The position numbers and the translations under genes were made by a program. Shown in pieces: positions 20,233 to 28,899 of a stretch of 64,000 nucleotides of DNA. A model generated the notes under the pieces. The model saw only the letters and a list, made by a program, of their open reading frames with translations. It did not search any database and was not told the origin of the DNA. The DNA is from Bythopirellula sp. (GTDB taxonomy: Bacteria; Planctomycetota; Planctomycetia; Pirellulales; Lacipirellulaceae), in the NCBI GenBank assembly GCA_965216565.1, contig OZ244170.1, forward strand, positions 2,688,001 to 2,752,000. Direction: 5' to 3'. Within the stretch, counting starts at the first letter, position 1. Each line of letters begins with the position of its first letter.

Positions 20233-20460
20233 GTGGCCCGATTCGTGAACCGAGTCCTAGGCTGTACATTTCTGACTACGCGGCCCAATGCGGAGATCAA
20301 GGCGGTCGGACACCACCGGATGCCGATCGTACTTAGGACCGAGGCGGAACAAACGCTCTGGCTCGCCTCCGAGATCAACGAGCGAGAAGCCCTAGAGAGC
20401 TTGCTAGTACCTGCTGAAGATGGAGCACTCGAGGTGGAGCCAATGGGGGAGCTAGCCGAG
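20233..20460 (+). pseudogene. SOS response-associated peptidase (SRAP) C-terminal fragment
   Basis: CTFLTTRPNAEIKAVGHHRMPIVL...WL matches the SRAP C-terminal motif; N-terminal MCGR is absent. Confidence 0.7.
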
Positions 20461-20880
20461 GACCCAAGGGAAAAAAGGCACACAATACAAAAAGCCGAGA
20501 GAGCTACGGCAGACCCCACGAACCAAGAAAAACCAAGACCTACAGAAAGACCATTCTCTGCCAGGAAATGTCCGCGATTCCAAGCACGGTTGACAATTTG
20601 GGAGTCCCTAGAAGATAGACCGCCCCCACCCCTACGATTTCGCAATGATCTTGCGCACTTGGGAGAAGCGGCTAGCGGCAGCCAGGCCTGAGACATTTTA
20701 CCCCCCCGCCCCAGTTGGCGAAGTACCGCCCCTCCACAGCACAGCGGGAAGAGCCGTTGTACAGCTGAGACGCATTTCTGCTTAAAAAGAAGTTGCAGAT
20801 GTGCACAGCCGACGCACATTCTGTAAGTTACTATTCCAACGTGTAATAGTTCACCTCTTGGTTGCTTGCGTACCACATCC

Positions 20881-21432
20881 ATGATTGACAGCATTTTTTC
20901 CCCCAGGCTTGAATTGCGGCCAATGGATCCGGCTTTTCTACAAGCCTCCCTGGATGGAGAGCTAGATTTCGCAGCGACACATCTAGGAGTTTCTTTGCCC
21001 GTCATTTGGCCAGAAAAGCCTGACCTGCTAAGACTACGGCTCCAGCAAATTAATTCTGATCCTTCAATCCAGCAATGGTCGCTGCGGGGCATGTGCCATC
21101 GGGAGACTAGCGAATTGGTTGGCCAAATCGGATTCCATTCGTATCCAGGAGCTGAATATCTGGACGACTGGCTACCTGGGGCAGTGGAATTTGGATTTAC
21201 CGTATTTTCCTCTTATCGCCGCCAAGGGTATGCGAAGGAGGCAGCTCGGGCGGTAATGGAGTGGGCCTACAAAATGCATGGCGTATCGAAATTCGTGTTA
21301 ACCATTTCACCGGACAATATTGCATCACAATCGCTGGCAGCTCAACTGGGCTTCACTCGCATCGGGTCACACGAAGATGAGATTGACGGCACCGAGGACG
21401 TTCTCGCATTGCATTACAAATCGACTACTTAG
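20881..21432 (+). CDS. GNAT N-acetyltransferase (RimJ/RimL-like)
   Basis: VEFGFTVFSSYRRQGYAKEA, NIASQSLAAQLGF. Confidence 0.9.
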   Translation: MIDSIFSPRLELRPMDPAFLQASLDGELDFAATHLGVSLPVIWPEKPDLLRLRLQQINSDPSIQQWSLRGMCHRETSELVGQIGFHSYPGAEYLDDWLPGAVEFGFTVFSSYRRQGYAKEAARAVMEWAYKMHGVSKFVLTISPDNIASQSLAAQLGFTRIGSHEDEIDGTEDVLALHYKSTT

Positions 21433-21615
21433 AAGGTTCTGCTAACCTGCAGCGGTGAGCACATCCGACGCCAGAAACGGACGTTCTCTAACCTGCACAA
21501 GCGTGAAACGCAGAGCACAGTTGGAAAAAGCAGTTTCCATGCTAGGCAAGTCCCTTCGATTCTCGCAAGAACTAAAGTTAACATAGCCGCGATCTGCAGC
21601 GGCATACACGTGCGA

Positions 21616-23514
21616 TCAACTTAGCGATAGCTTGGCGTAATCGTCCGCGGAGGCTCCATCTAAGCAGGCTTGAATGATTTCTCTTCCTTTCGGCTCGAGA
21701 TCGACGTCGAGGAATTTCTTAATCTGCTGATGGAAGAAATCGGTCAGGATCTCTGCTCCCTGGTCGTAGCCTTGTTCGCCAACCTCGGGTTGAGTGTCGA
21801 CCTGCAGGAACCAGTGCCCGATAACTTGACCTTCGACCTGAATCGTCCGCGGTGTGCGTCCTAGCAGCGGGCAGCGCGCATCCGTGACCTGACCGGGGGA
21901 GAATAACGCCGAACCGCGGCGAGCCAGATATTCGCGAGCGATCCACTGAGGTGCGAAGCCTGTTTCCCAACTTCCAATGTGTTGATTGGGGAGCAGGACG
22001 AACATCGTATCCGGGGTTTCCATCACCTGACGGAACAGGATGTTTGCCTGGTCGACTCTGCGGCCAGTTGCGAAGGGCCAGTAAGAGCCCACGCCTTCGG
22101 AACTCATGCCTTCGGTGGTCACAATGGAAGGGTTGCCATGTCCACGCGGCGCGACCAATCGCCACAACCAAGCCAATGCCGGCGAGAGAATGTGCATGAG
22201 CCCGATGATGCCGTAGGAGGGCTCCTCTTTCGTACAAGGCGGACATCTTACGCCAAAGCTACGAATATCAACGGTCACAGGCTTCTTGACGATCCCTGGA
22301 TACTTGTCACGAGGATAGATCAATCTTGGGTTCGGACAAGGAACGCCGGGCGAGTCCTCGATATGCTCCCAAATCAATGCCGTGGAGCCGGGCGTCGCGT
22401 CAATATTCAAAAACAGGAGTGGCTCTTCGGGGTGGATTGTCAGCGATTCCAGATTGGGATCGATTCCGTAATGGGTAATATGATTGACTCGCAAGAACCA
22501 AGCCTGCTCTGCGTCGGTAAGAGTAAGTTTTGTCTCTTGCGAACGGTCCGATTCCAGGTCGGGGTGACAGAGCGCCATGTCGTCGGTTACCGGACGAAGT
22601 TCGCAGCCACGCGGAATCGACACGTAGCGTCGTTCGCCGGTTACGATGTTCTTGCCGAGCTTAATTCTTCCGTCGCGCTGCCGATGCATCAGCTCGAGCA
22701 TTTCGCTCTTTCCACCACCGGAAGCTCCTTCGTGCATGAAGGTCACCGTGTTGTCGTACGGCGTGACGACCTGCACGGTCGAACAGTGTGCGGTGGTCCA
22801 ACCCTGCTGCTCGCCATAGTTGAGCAACATCCCATAGACGCCCTTTTTTGCAGAAGGACCAGGATAAAGGTTGTAGCTGAATAGCTCGTGCAGCTCTTCG
22901 CGACGATTGTGGACAACAACTTGTTTGCCATCGAACTTCGTGTGCCGAAAAGGGGGAGCGATGTAGATGATGGCCGAGTGGAAATAGTCTTCGCCGTGGG
23001 CTTGGATTTCCTCCAGAGGGACAATGCCCTGCAAGGTTGCCAGGCCAAAGGCGAAAAAGGCGGCATTCGCCGGGCAGATGGCAACCGCCGGGAGGCCCTT
23101 CCCTGGCAGCCCCGCATCGAAGAAAAAGCAGGCTAAATCTTGGCTCTTGAGCCAGTCGAAGGTTTCTTGACGCAGGGGCTCAAAATCCTCGCCGAAACGG
23201 TGCTCGAATGTTTTTTTGTCGGTGGCCTGGTTATCGGCAATCGCCATGCAATCGGGATCGCGGCGACGCATATAGGCTTCGATGTAATTCGCGCTGATGC
23301 CATTACGAACTCGACAGACTTTGGCCTCGGGAACGAACTTTCCATCGACATCGTACCCGACTGTGTAGTATCCCTTGGCATCGACTAATTCATCGGGCAC
23401 CGCGGCTTTCGCCAATTCCTCGACAGTGCTAAAGAAGCGAACCGACTTGGCTTCTTTCAACACCGACTCGGCAGATTGGGACAAGGACAGATTCGGCAAC
23501 TCGGCGGTTATCAT
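21616..23514 (-). CDS. DUF4914 family protein, PEP carboxykinase-like
   Basis: YMRRRDPD, YPGPSAKKG, AHCS, P-loop HEGASGGGKSE, PVTDDMA, CPNPR. Confidence 0.85.
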   Translation of the reverse strand: MITAELPNLSLSQSAESVLKEAKSVRFFSTVEELAKAAVPDELVDAKGYYTVGYDVDGKFVPEAKVCRVRNGISANYIEAYMRRRDPDCMAIADNQATDKKTFEHRFGEDFEPLRQETFDWLKSQDLACFFFDAGLPGKGLPAVAICPANAAFFAFGLATLQGIVPLEEIQAHGEDYFHSAIIYIAPPFRHTKFDGKQVVVHNRREELHELFSYNLYPGPSAKKGVYGMLLNYGEQQGWTTAHCSTVQVVTPYDNTVTFMHEGASGGGKSEMLELMHRQRDGRIKLGKNIVTGERRYVSIPRGCELRPVTDDMALCHPDLESDRSQETKLTLTDAEQAWFLRVNHITHYGIDPNLESLTIHPEEPLLFLNIDATPGSTALIWEHIEDSPGVPCPNPRLIYPRDKYPGIVKKPVTVDIRSFGVRCPPCTKEEPSYGIIGLMHILSPALAWLWRLVAPRGHGNPSIVTTEGMSSEGVGSYWPFATGRRVDQANILFRQVMETPDTMFVLLPNQHIGSWETGFAPQWIAREYLARRGSALFSPGQVTDARCPLLGRTPRTIQVEGQVIGHWFLQVDTQPEVGEQGYDQGAEILTDFFHQQIKKFLDVDLEPKGREIIQACLDGASADDYAKLSLS

Positions 23515-23732
23515 AACAATTCTCCGTAAACTTCTTCTGAATTCAATTCTGTTTTGCTAAGCACAGTTCGGTAGAGATGGCAAAGTTACTCTTCGCCAAT
23601 CCTAGCTGCGCTCCGATGCGGGCACTTGGCAGCCCTCGATACTGCAGGTGCATTGCCCACCGCCAATTGGCCAATTACCAGGCGTATTCTGGTGGACCAC
23701 CAAGAGCCTCTAATGATACACTAACAACGCGA

Positions 23733-24281
23733 TTAAATCTTGCCGTCCAAGCCCATTTGGTAGTACTTGTGGGTGATACTATCCTGGTTTTCCAGCAGCC
23801 AGTCGATGGAAGGTTCGTTATTCATCGCCTTGTGGATTGCTTGGGCCATTGCTTTGCGGTGAATTTCAAACAAGGCCTTGTGATCGAGATTGTCGTCGTC
23901 AACGACTCCGGGGTTGAGCCATACGCTGCAGATGATTCCCAGATCGTTGGCTTTTTCTTTTGGAATATCGCCTGCGCGGACCGCATCGAGCACACCATTG
24001 GCGATGGCCGCCTGGACTGTTCCCATCAAGATGTTGGTGTAACGCGTTTTCTTGACCGTGACTTTGCTGACGCAAAGCGTGACGGGGCGTACCTGAATAT
24101 CTGTATTAAGAATTGCAAAGACCTTCGAGTGGCCCATCGACTGATCGCCGGTGAGCGTCGCCAACGCCGTTCCGACGGGTCCGTCGAGTTCGCCGATAAC
24201 GACTTCAGGCTCGGCTGCGGTAAATGGAGGACCACCAGCTACTAAGGCCTCGCCGGAGCGAAATACGATGCGATCAGACAT
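23733..24281 (-). CDS. fae: Formaldehyde-activating enzyme (Fae) homolog, divergent paralog
   Basis: GEALV, IGELDGPVG, KVTV, GTVQAAIANGVLDAV, IPKEKANDL, EPSIDWLL. Confidence 0.85.
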   Translation of the reverse strand: MSDRIVFRSGEALVAGGPPFTAAEPEVVIGELDGPVGTALATLTGDQSMGHSKVFAILNTDIQVRPVTLCVSKVTVKKTRYTNILMGTVQAAIANGVLDAVRAGDIPKEKANDLGIICSVWLNPGVVDDDNLDHKALFEIHRKAMAQAIHKAMNNEPSIDWLLENQDSITHKYYQMGLDGKI

Positions 24282-24496
24282 GAATAAGACCATCCTTCAA
24301 GGTAAATTTGTGAACCAGTAACTGAGAACACAAATTTACACTCTGAAGGACGTGCTGAATACTGCCTACAAAACCCGGCAGGCCCGTGGTCTTGAATAAG
24401 TCGAATATCTGGCGAGTCTTTGAAGAAACTCGCCACACTAAGAATACACGGTGGCCAGCGCGTTGCGCGGGCCCGTTCATTCCGCCATGGCCGTCA

Positions 24497-25036
24497 CTAC
24501 TGTAGTTTCGCCACCGGAGGGAAATCAATTTCTGGGTCGGCAACGTGATTGAAGTAGTTCGTGAAGATATTTAACGCAACGTTGGCAACGATCTCTGCCA
24601 CCTCGCCGTCGGAGTAGCCTGCCGAACGCAGCTTAGCGACCGCTTCGTCTGTCGCATGGCCGCGCTCCTCAACTAACAGTTTTGCGAAATCCAAAGCCAC
24701 TGCGGCTTTTTCCTCACTAGCTGTGCCACGTCGGGCCGACTCCACCTCCTGGTCGTCCAAGCCGCTTTTCTTGCCAAGTGCCACATGGGCCGACAAGCAA
24801 TAGTCGCAACTGTTCGTCTCCGCGACAACGATTGAAATCTGCTCGCGTAGCTGGGCTGACAGTTTGCCTTTGGCCAGCGATTGGTTGAATCCAAAATACG
24901 CCTGAGCAACAGCGGGCGAATTCACCATGGCAGCAAAAATATTGGGAATGATTCCCATGTTCTTTTCAACCGTTTCCAGCACCTTCGCTTGTGATTCGTT
25001 GGCCGATTGTTTATCGATCAATGGCAGGCGAGACAT
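24497..25036 (-). CDS. AhpD/carboxymuconolactone decarboxylase family peroxidase-related protein
   Basis: IPNIF, REQISIVVAETNSCDYCLSAH (CxxC), NYFNH. Confidence 0.92.
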   Translation of the reverse strand: MSRLPLIDKQSANESQAKVLETVEKNMGIIPNIFAAMVNSPAVAQAYFGFNQSLAKGKLSAQLREQISIVVAETNSCDYCLSAHVALGKKSGLDDQEVESARRGTASEEKAAVALDFAKLLVEERGHATDEAVAKLRSAGYSDGEVAEIVANVALNIFTNYFNHVADPEIDFPPVAKLQ

Positions 25037-25083
25037 ATTGTTTTCTCCTATTCTACGGTGATCTGTATGTAACTAATAAGTTG

Positions 25084-25109
25084 GACGCGAAGACCCGCCA
25101 CAAACTTAC
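25084..25109 (-). promoter_or_regulatory. Candidate ECF-sigma promoter (copy 3) for the ahpD-like gene
   Basis: Minus strand GTAAGT-N16-CGTC, 47 bp upstream of the ATG. Confidence 0.7.
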
Positions 25110-25462
25110 GGCTCTTCTTCAAGCAGCCATTCTTGAAGGATTGCCGCGTGATTGTGCTGCATGTCTTTTGCTGCAAAAAGCAACGTTATCCGGGAATGTT
25201 CCGCGGCAGCAGCAAACGTCTCGTTTGCGTTCTGCTTCTGGCTATCCAACTCCGCCCGGTAACGTTCTGCGAACTCCTCAAACCTTTCTGGCTTATGAGA
25301 AAACCACTTTCGCAGCTCGGGGCTTGGTGCTAAATCCTTGGCCCACATTGCGAGGGCCGCCTGTTCGCGGCTGACACCACGCGGCCAGAGCCGATCGACG
25401 AGCACTCGGAACCCATCACCGGGGTCCGCGGACTCGTAGATGCGCTTCGTGACGATTTCCAT
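25106..25462 (-). CDS. DUF488/YeaO family protein
   Basis: KRIYE, DGFRVLVDRLWPRG, APSPELRKWFSH, ITLLFAAKD..HNHA. Confidence 0.92.
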   Translation of the reverse strand: MEIVTKRIYESADPGDGFRVLVDRLWPRGVSREQAALAMWAKDLAPSPELRKWFSHKPERFEEFAERYRAELDSQKQNANETFAAAAEHSRITLLFAAKDMQHNHAAILQEWLLEEEP

Positions 25463-25554
25463 CGAAAGCCCCCCTCCCCTTGTACGCCACGAAGGCCGCT
25501 TCAGCAGATTCAATCTGCCGAAGCGACCCCAATGGACTGGCTCTAGCAATTCTT

Positions 25555-26082
25555 TTAACCGCTCACCTTATTCCAATGGCGTTCGGCTTTTTTCAGATGC
25601 TCTTCTTGGTTTCCTTGGTTCCACAATTCGAGGGCGTCGACATTCTTGTTCTTCAAGAATAGCAACAGCTTGCCATCGACAATCTTAAAGCTACGCGGAT
25701 CGACGGGAAACTTATCTTCCACGGCCATGCCAAAAGCACACCAGCCGCCGTATGCCGGGATATACTTTCCCGGTTGCTTATCAAAAGCGGCTTTGGCGTC
25801 AGCGGAAACAAACTGGTACGTGACGCCCTGATGCGTCGACGTATATTCTGGTTTGCCCATGACAGGTTTGTTGACGGCGAAATACGCCACCGGACAGTAT
25901 CCTTCCAAGGCCAGCCCACTGCTCGGCAAGTTGTAGCTGTGCAGGTAGGCCTTTGATAGATCACGCTGCATTTTTGCTGCCTCAGTGCTTCCCGATTGGG
26001 CAACTGACTTTTCGTTGGCAATCCAAAGTGCCGATCCGGCCAGGGTGATAGCCGCTAAGGCGAGTGTCGTAAAACGTTTCAT
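25555..26082 (-). CDS. Secreted YHS-domain protein
   Basis: Signal peptide; GYCPVAYF, KYIPAYGGWCAFG, IVDGKLLLF. Confidence 0.88.
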   Translation of the reverse strand: MKRFTTLALAAITLAGSALWIANEKSVAQSGSTEAAKMQRDLSKAYLHSYNLPSSGLALEGYCPVAYFAVNKPVMGKPEYTSTHQGVTYQFVSADAKAAFDKQPGKYIPAYGGWCAFGMAVEDKFPVDPRSFKIVDGKLLLFLKNKNVDALELWNQGNQEEHLKKAERHWNKVSG

Positions 26083-26218
26083 TTTCATTCTCCAATTTGA
26101 TTGATCTGAGAAATTTCCAATGGCGCAAATCGCCGTCATTTCGCTGTGATAACTCTGCTTCTAGGGAGGGCCGCGATAGCGCTCTCGGCGGCACCTCATC
26201 AAGCCGGCATGGCTATTT

Positions 26219-26244
26219 GTCGCCCACACGACCGGAATCCTTAC
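26219..26244 (-). promoter_or_regulatory. Candidate ECF-sigma promoter (copy 2) for the YHS/DUF488 unit
   Basis: Minus strand GTAAGG-N16-CGAC. Confidence 0.7.
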
Positions 26245-26280
26245 CAAAAAAAACAATTCACTTTTCTTTGCAATTTTCAC

Positions 26281-26306
26281 GTAAGGTCGAGGCTTCCTTC
26301 GCCGTC
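26281..26306 (+). promoter_or_regulatory. Candidate autoregulatory ECF-sigma promoter (copy 1)
   Basis: Plus strand GTAAGG-N16-CGTC, 50 bp upstream of the sigma ATG. Confidence 0.7.
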
Positions 26307-26356
26307 CTATGAATTAGTCCAATTGCCCGCGCGTTATTCCATAGGTCAAATCTCGG

Positions 26357-26965
26357 ATGCTACCTTCCTACGAAGACTGGGTTCAGCGCCTTGAGCGCAA
26401 CAGTTCTCAGCGGGAACTTGCGCTAATGGAACTGCGAGAGCTTTTGTTGCTCCGATTGCACCACGCATTCCGGAACCAACCGGAGTTTAGTAGCAATCTC
26501 ATTGAAGATGTTGTTCAGGAATCTTTATTGAAGATTCTGAACAAACTTCACACCTTCGAGGGTCGCAGCCAGTTCCCCACCTGGGCGACCGCAATTGCCA
26601 TTCGGACGGCCTATTCCGAGCTACGCAAACGCGAGTGGAAAAACATATCGCTGGAGCAAACGCTCACTGAGTTCGACCAATCTCGTCTCGAGCCCGTCAG
26701 TGATTTGCCAGCTCCAGAGTTATCCAATGAGAAAGACGATCTGGTCGAAGCCCTCTACGAGTGCATCCACCTGGATTTGACCGTCAAACAAAAAGACGCC
26801 TTGTTGGCCGAGCTAAAAGGAATGCCTTTGGAGGAAATCGCCAGACGGCAGGGGAGCACTGTGAATGCCGTCTACAAACTCACGCACGATGCCAGAAAGC
26901 GTTTGAAGCTTAGTCTGGAAAACAACGGATACACGAGTGACGATTGGGCAGCAATGAGGACATGA
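26357..26965 (+). CDS. ECF RNA polymerase sigma-70 factor
   Basis: Region 2 EDVVQESLLK...FEGRSQFPTW; region 4 LEEIARRQGSTVNAVYKLTHDARKRL. Confidence 0.92.
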   Translation: MLPSYEDWVQRLERNSSQRELALMELRELLLLRLHHAFRNQPEFSSNLIEDVVQESLLKILNKLHTFEGRSQFPTWATAIAIRTAYSELRKREWKNISLEQTLTEFDQSRLEPVSDLPAPELSNEKDDLVEALYECIHLDLTVKQKDALLAELKGMPLEEIARRQGSTVNAVYKLTHDARKRLKLSLENNGYTSDDWAAMRT

Positions 26966-27201
26966 ATGAGATGAATCTAACTCGTCAACAGATCGATTCC
27001 TTACTGCTGATGCTTTCGCTGACAAGGTCGGAAGAACTCACTTGCGAGGAGTGCGCCCAGCTACTGGCCGAGTTTGCTGAGAGTAATCTCCAAGGACATT
27101 CTATTCCCGAGTATCTTCAGGCCGTGGAACACCACTTGGATCTCTGCAGCCAGTGCCGTGACGAGTTCGAAGCTCTGCTCGAGGCCCTGCATAGCAGCTA
27201 G
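26962..27201 (+). CDS. Small soluble zinc-binding anti-sigma factor (ZAS/zf-HC2-like)
   Basis: ATGA overlap with the sigma gene; CEEC plus HLDLCSQC (HxxxCxxC); no TM helix. Confidence 0.82.
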   Translation: MNEMNLTRQQIDSLLLMLSLTRSEELTCEECAQLLAEFAESNLQGHSIPEYLQAVEHHLDLCSQCRDEFEALLEALHSS

Positions 27202-27445
27202 GCACCCAAGCTGTCTTCTGCGGAACATGTCTTGTGAGTGTTGCAAAAAAGCAACACTTTTAGCCTCTCGGCAGGCTTTCTGGCAACTCCGCCCTTTGCG
27301 ACAGGCCTATTTCCAGGGTGAATCGCCGTTTGAGGGCTGGTACGACAATTGCTTCTAGCTAGGTGAGGCTGGGCGGGAGTTCGGGTCGAAATAGCGAACG
27401 CGAAGCGTTCTGTTACCTCGCCCCGGCGAGTCGCCTTCGGAGACG

Positions 27446-27497
27446 CGAGGTCCGCCGAGGGATCTAGCCAGATTCCTCGGCGGACCTCGGAATGACA
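27446..27497. repeat. REP-like palindrome family A, copy 2 (left end missing)
   Basis: CGAGGTCCGCCGAGG...CTAGCCAGATTCCTCGGCGGACCTCGGAATGACA matches 2768-2827. Confidence 0.8.
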
Positions 27498-27579
27498 GCT
27501 ACTTTCGTAGCTGAGGTTGCTTTTCGAATTCCCGTACAGTCTCAGCTAAGTGGCAGCAAACCCTGGGGCACCTGAATAG

Positions 27580-28656
27580 ATGACACTGAACAAGACAAAA
27601 ACTGCCAGCTCGGGCAGAATCCTGGAACTCGATGCCCTGCGTGGGCTCGCCGCCCTTGCTGTTGTGTTGTTCCACTTCACGACTCGTTACAACGAGCTAT
27701 TTGGGCATACTCAAACGTTGGATTTTGCCGTCCCCTGGGGTCACTACGGAGTCGACCTATTTTTCATGCTGAGCGGATTCGTCATTCTGCTCACACTTGA
27801 ACGGACGGCAAACACCGCTCAATTTGCATGGGGGCGATTCAGCCGACTCTACCCAACTTATTGGGCTGCCGCGCTCGTGACCTTTTTCGTAGTGAGCTTG
27901 TGCGGTCTCGCCGGACAGGAAGTCACGCTCACCGATGCGTTGCTCAACCTGACGATGCTGCAATCGCTGCTCGGTGCCGATCACATCGATGGGGCTTATT
28001 GGTCACTGCAGGCGGAGTTGATATTTTATGCCAACATGCTGCTGTTGTACCAATGCGGAGCATTCCGGCGTCCCTCTTTGGCAGTTGGTAGTTGGCTCGG
28101 CGTTGCTTTTGCAATTCAATTAATCCGACCAGAGGTTGCCGACGTGTGGCCAATGGTCGATGGACTATTAAGCAAATTGGCAACAATAGCCAGCTTGAAG
28201 TTCATTCCACTATTTGCAATTGGTATTGTCTTCTATTCAGCGAAGAAAATTGGCCAACTCTCCGTTGGGCATCGACTCCTGATTCTTGGAAGTCTTGCTA
28301 CGGTGGCTGTCTCCCACGGCCCACAGGCCTTGGTAGCCGATGCATTGCTCGCGCTGCTGCTGTGGATTGCTGTCGACGGCCACTGCCCCGCCCTGGCCTC
28401 TCGCCCATTGATATACCTCGGGGGACTGTCCTATTCGCTTTATCTCATCCACCAGAACATAGGCTATATCGTGATCCGAGAATTCCAGGTTCTTGGGTTC
28501 GCGCCGCTGTTCTCGATTTGCATGGCGTTGCTTTTGACTCTGGCCTGTAGTGTCTTGCTGCACCGCTTTGTGGAAAGGCCCTCGCTCAAGTGCTTGAGGA
28601 ATTGGAGCCTCCCCGAAAAATTGGCACAACTGCCACTCGCTCGAGCGCAGCCCTGA
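27580..28656 (+). CDS. Acyltransferase 3 family membrane O-acyltransferase
   Basis: LDALRGLAALAVVLFH, GVDLFFMLSGFVI, RFSRLYP, WSL, SYSLYLIH, VERP. Confidence 0.93.
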   Translation: MTLNKTKTASSGRILELDALRGLAALAVVLFHFTTRYNELFGHTQTLDFAVPWGHYGVDLFFMLSGFVILLTLERTANTAQFAWGRFSRLYPTYWAAALVTFFVVSLCGLAGQEVTLTDALLNLTMLQSLLGADHIDGAYWSLQAELIFYANMLLLYQCGAFRRPSLAVGSWLGVAFAIQLIRPEVADVWPMVDGLLSKLATIASLKFIPLFAIGIVFYSAKKIGQLSVGHRLLILGSLATVAVSHGPQALVADALLALLLWIAVDGHCPALASRPLIYLGGLSYSLYLIHQNIGYIVIREFQVLGFAPLFSICMALLLTLACSVLLHRFVERPSLKCLRNWSLPEKLAQLPLARAQP

Positions 28657-28899
28657 CCCCTAGAAATGCAAATCAAGCTTCAAAATTAGCGATTTCCGAA
28701 GAGTAATCCGGAACCTTTGTTCCTTGGAACCGTCTAAGTTTCGTTCAATCAATAGCTCAACAACAACGACCAATTTCTGGCCCATCGGAGGGGGTGCTGT
28801 TAAAATAGGACTCCAGAACAGGCGAAGTCTAGGAGCGAATACATGCAGTCGGCTCGAAAGAGGCAAAGCAGCCCCATCTGTTGGCTGCGTTGGGAGAGA

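Noticed and set aside
20217..21092. 291-aa minus-strand ORF spanning the island remnant
   Set aside because: Overlaps the GNAT gene and the SRAP fragment antisense, with Ser/Arg-rich non-protein-like composition
21433..21600. Possible integron attC site after the GNAT gene (GTTCT(G)CTAACCTGCA twice)
   Set aside because: No convincing RYYYAAC...GTTRRRY pair with internal dyad, and the nearby integrase is not IntI-like
21979..22884. Long antisense ORFs (also 49108-50043, 50819-51604, 58439-59203, 61451-62182)
   Set aside because: They are shadows of well-supported genes on the opposite strand in GC-rich DNA and have no recognisable motifs
25555..26082. Selenoprotein (some YHS-family members carry Sec)
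   Set aside because: No in-frame TGA; the motif positions are Cys
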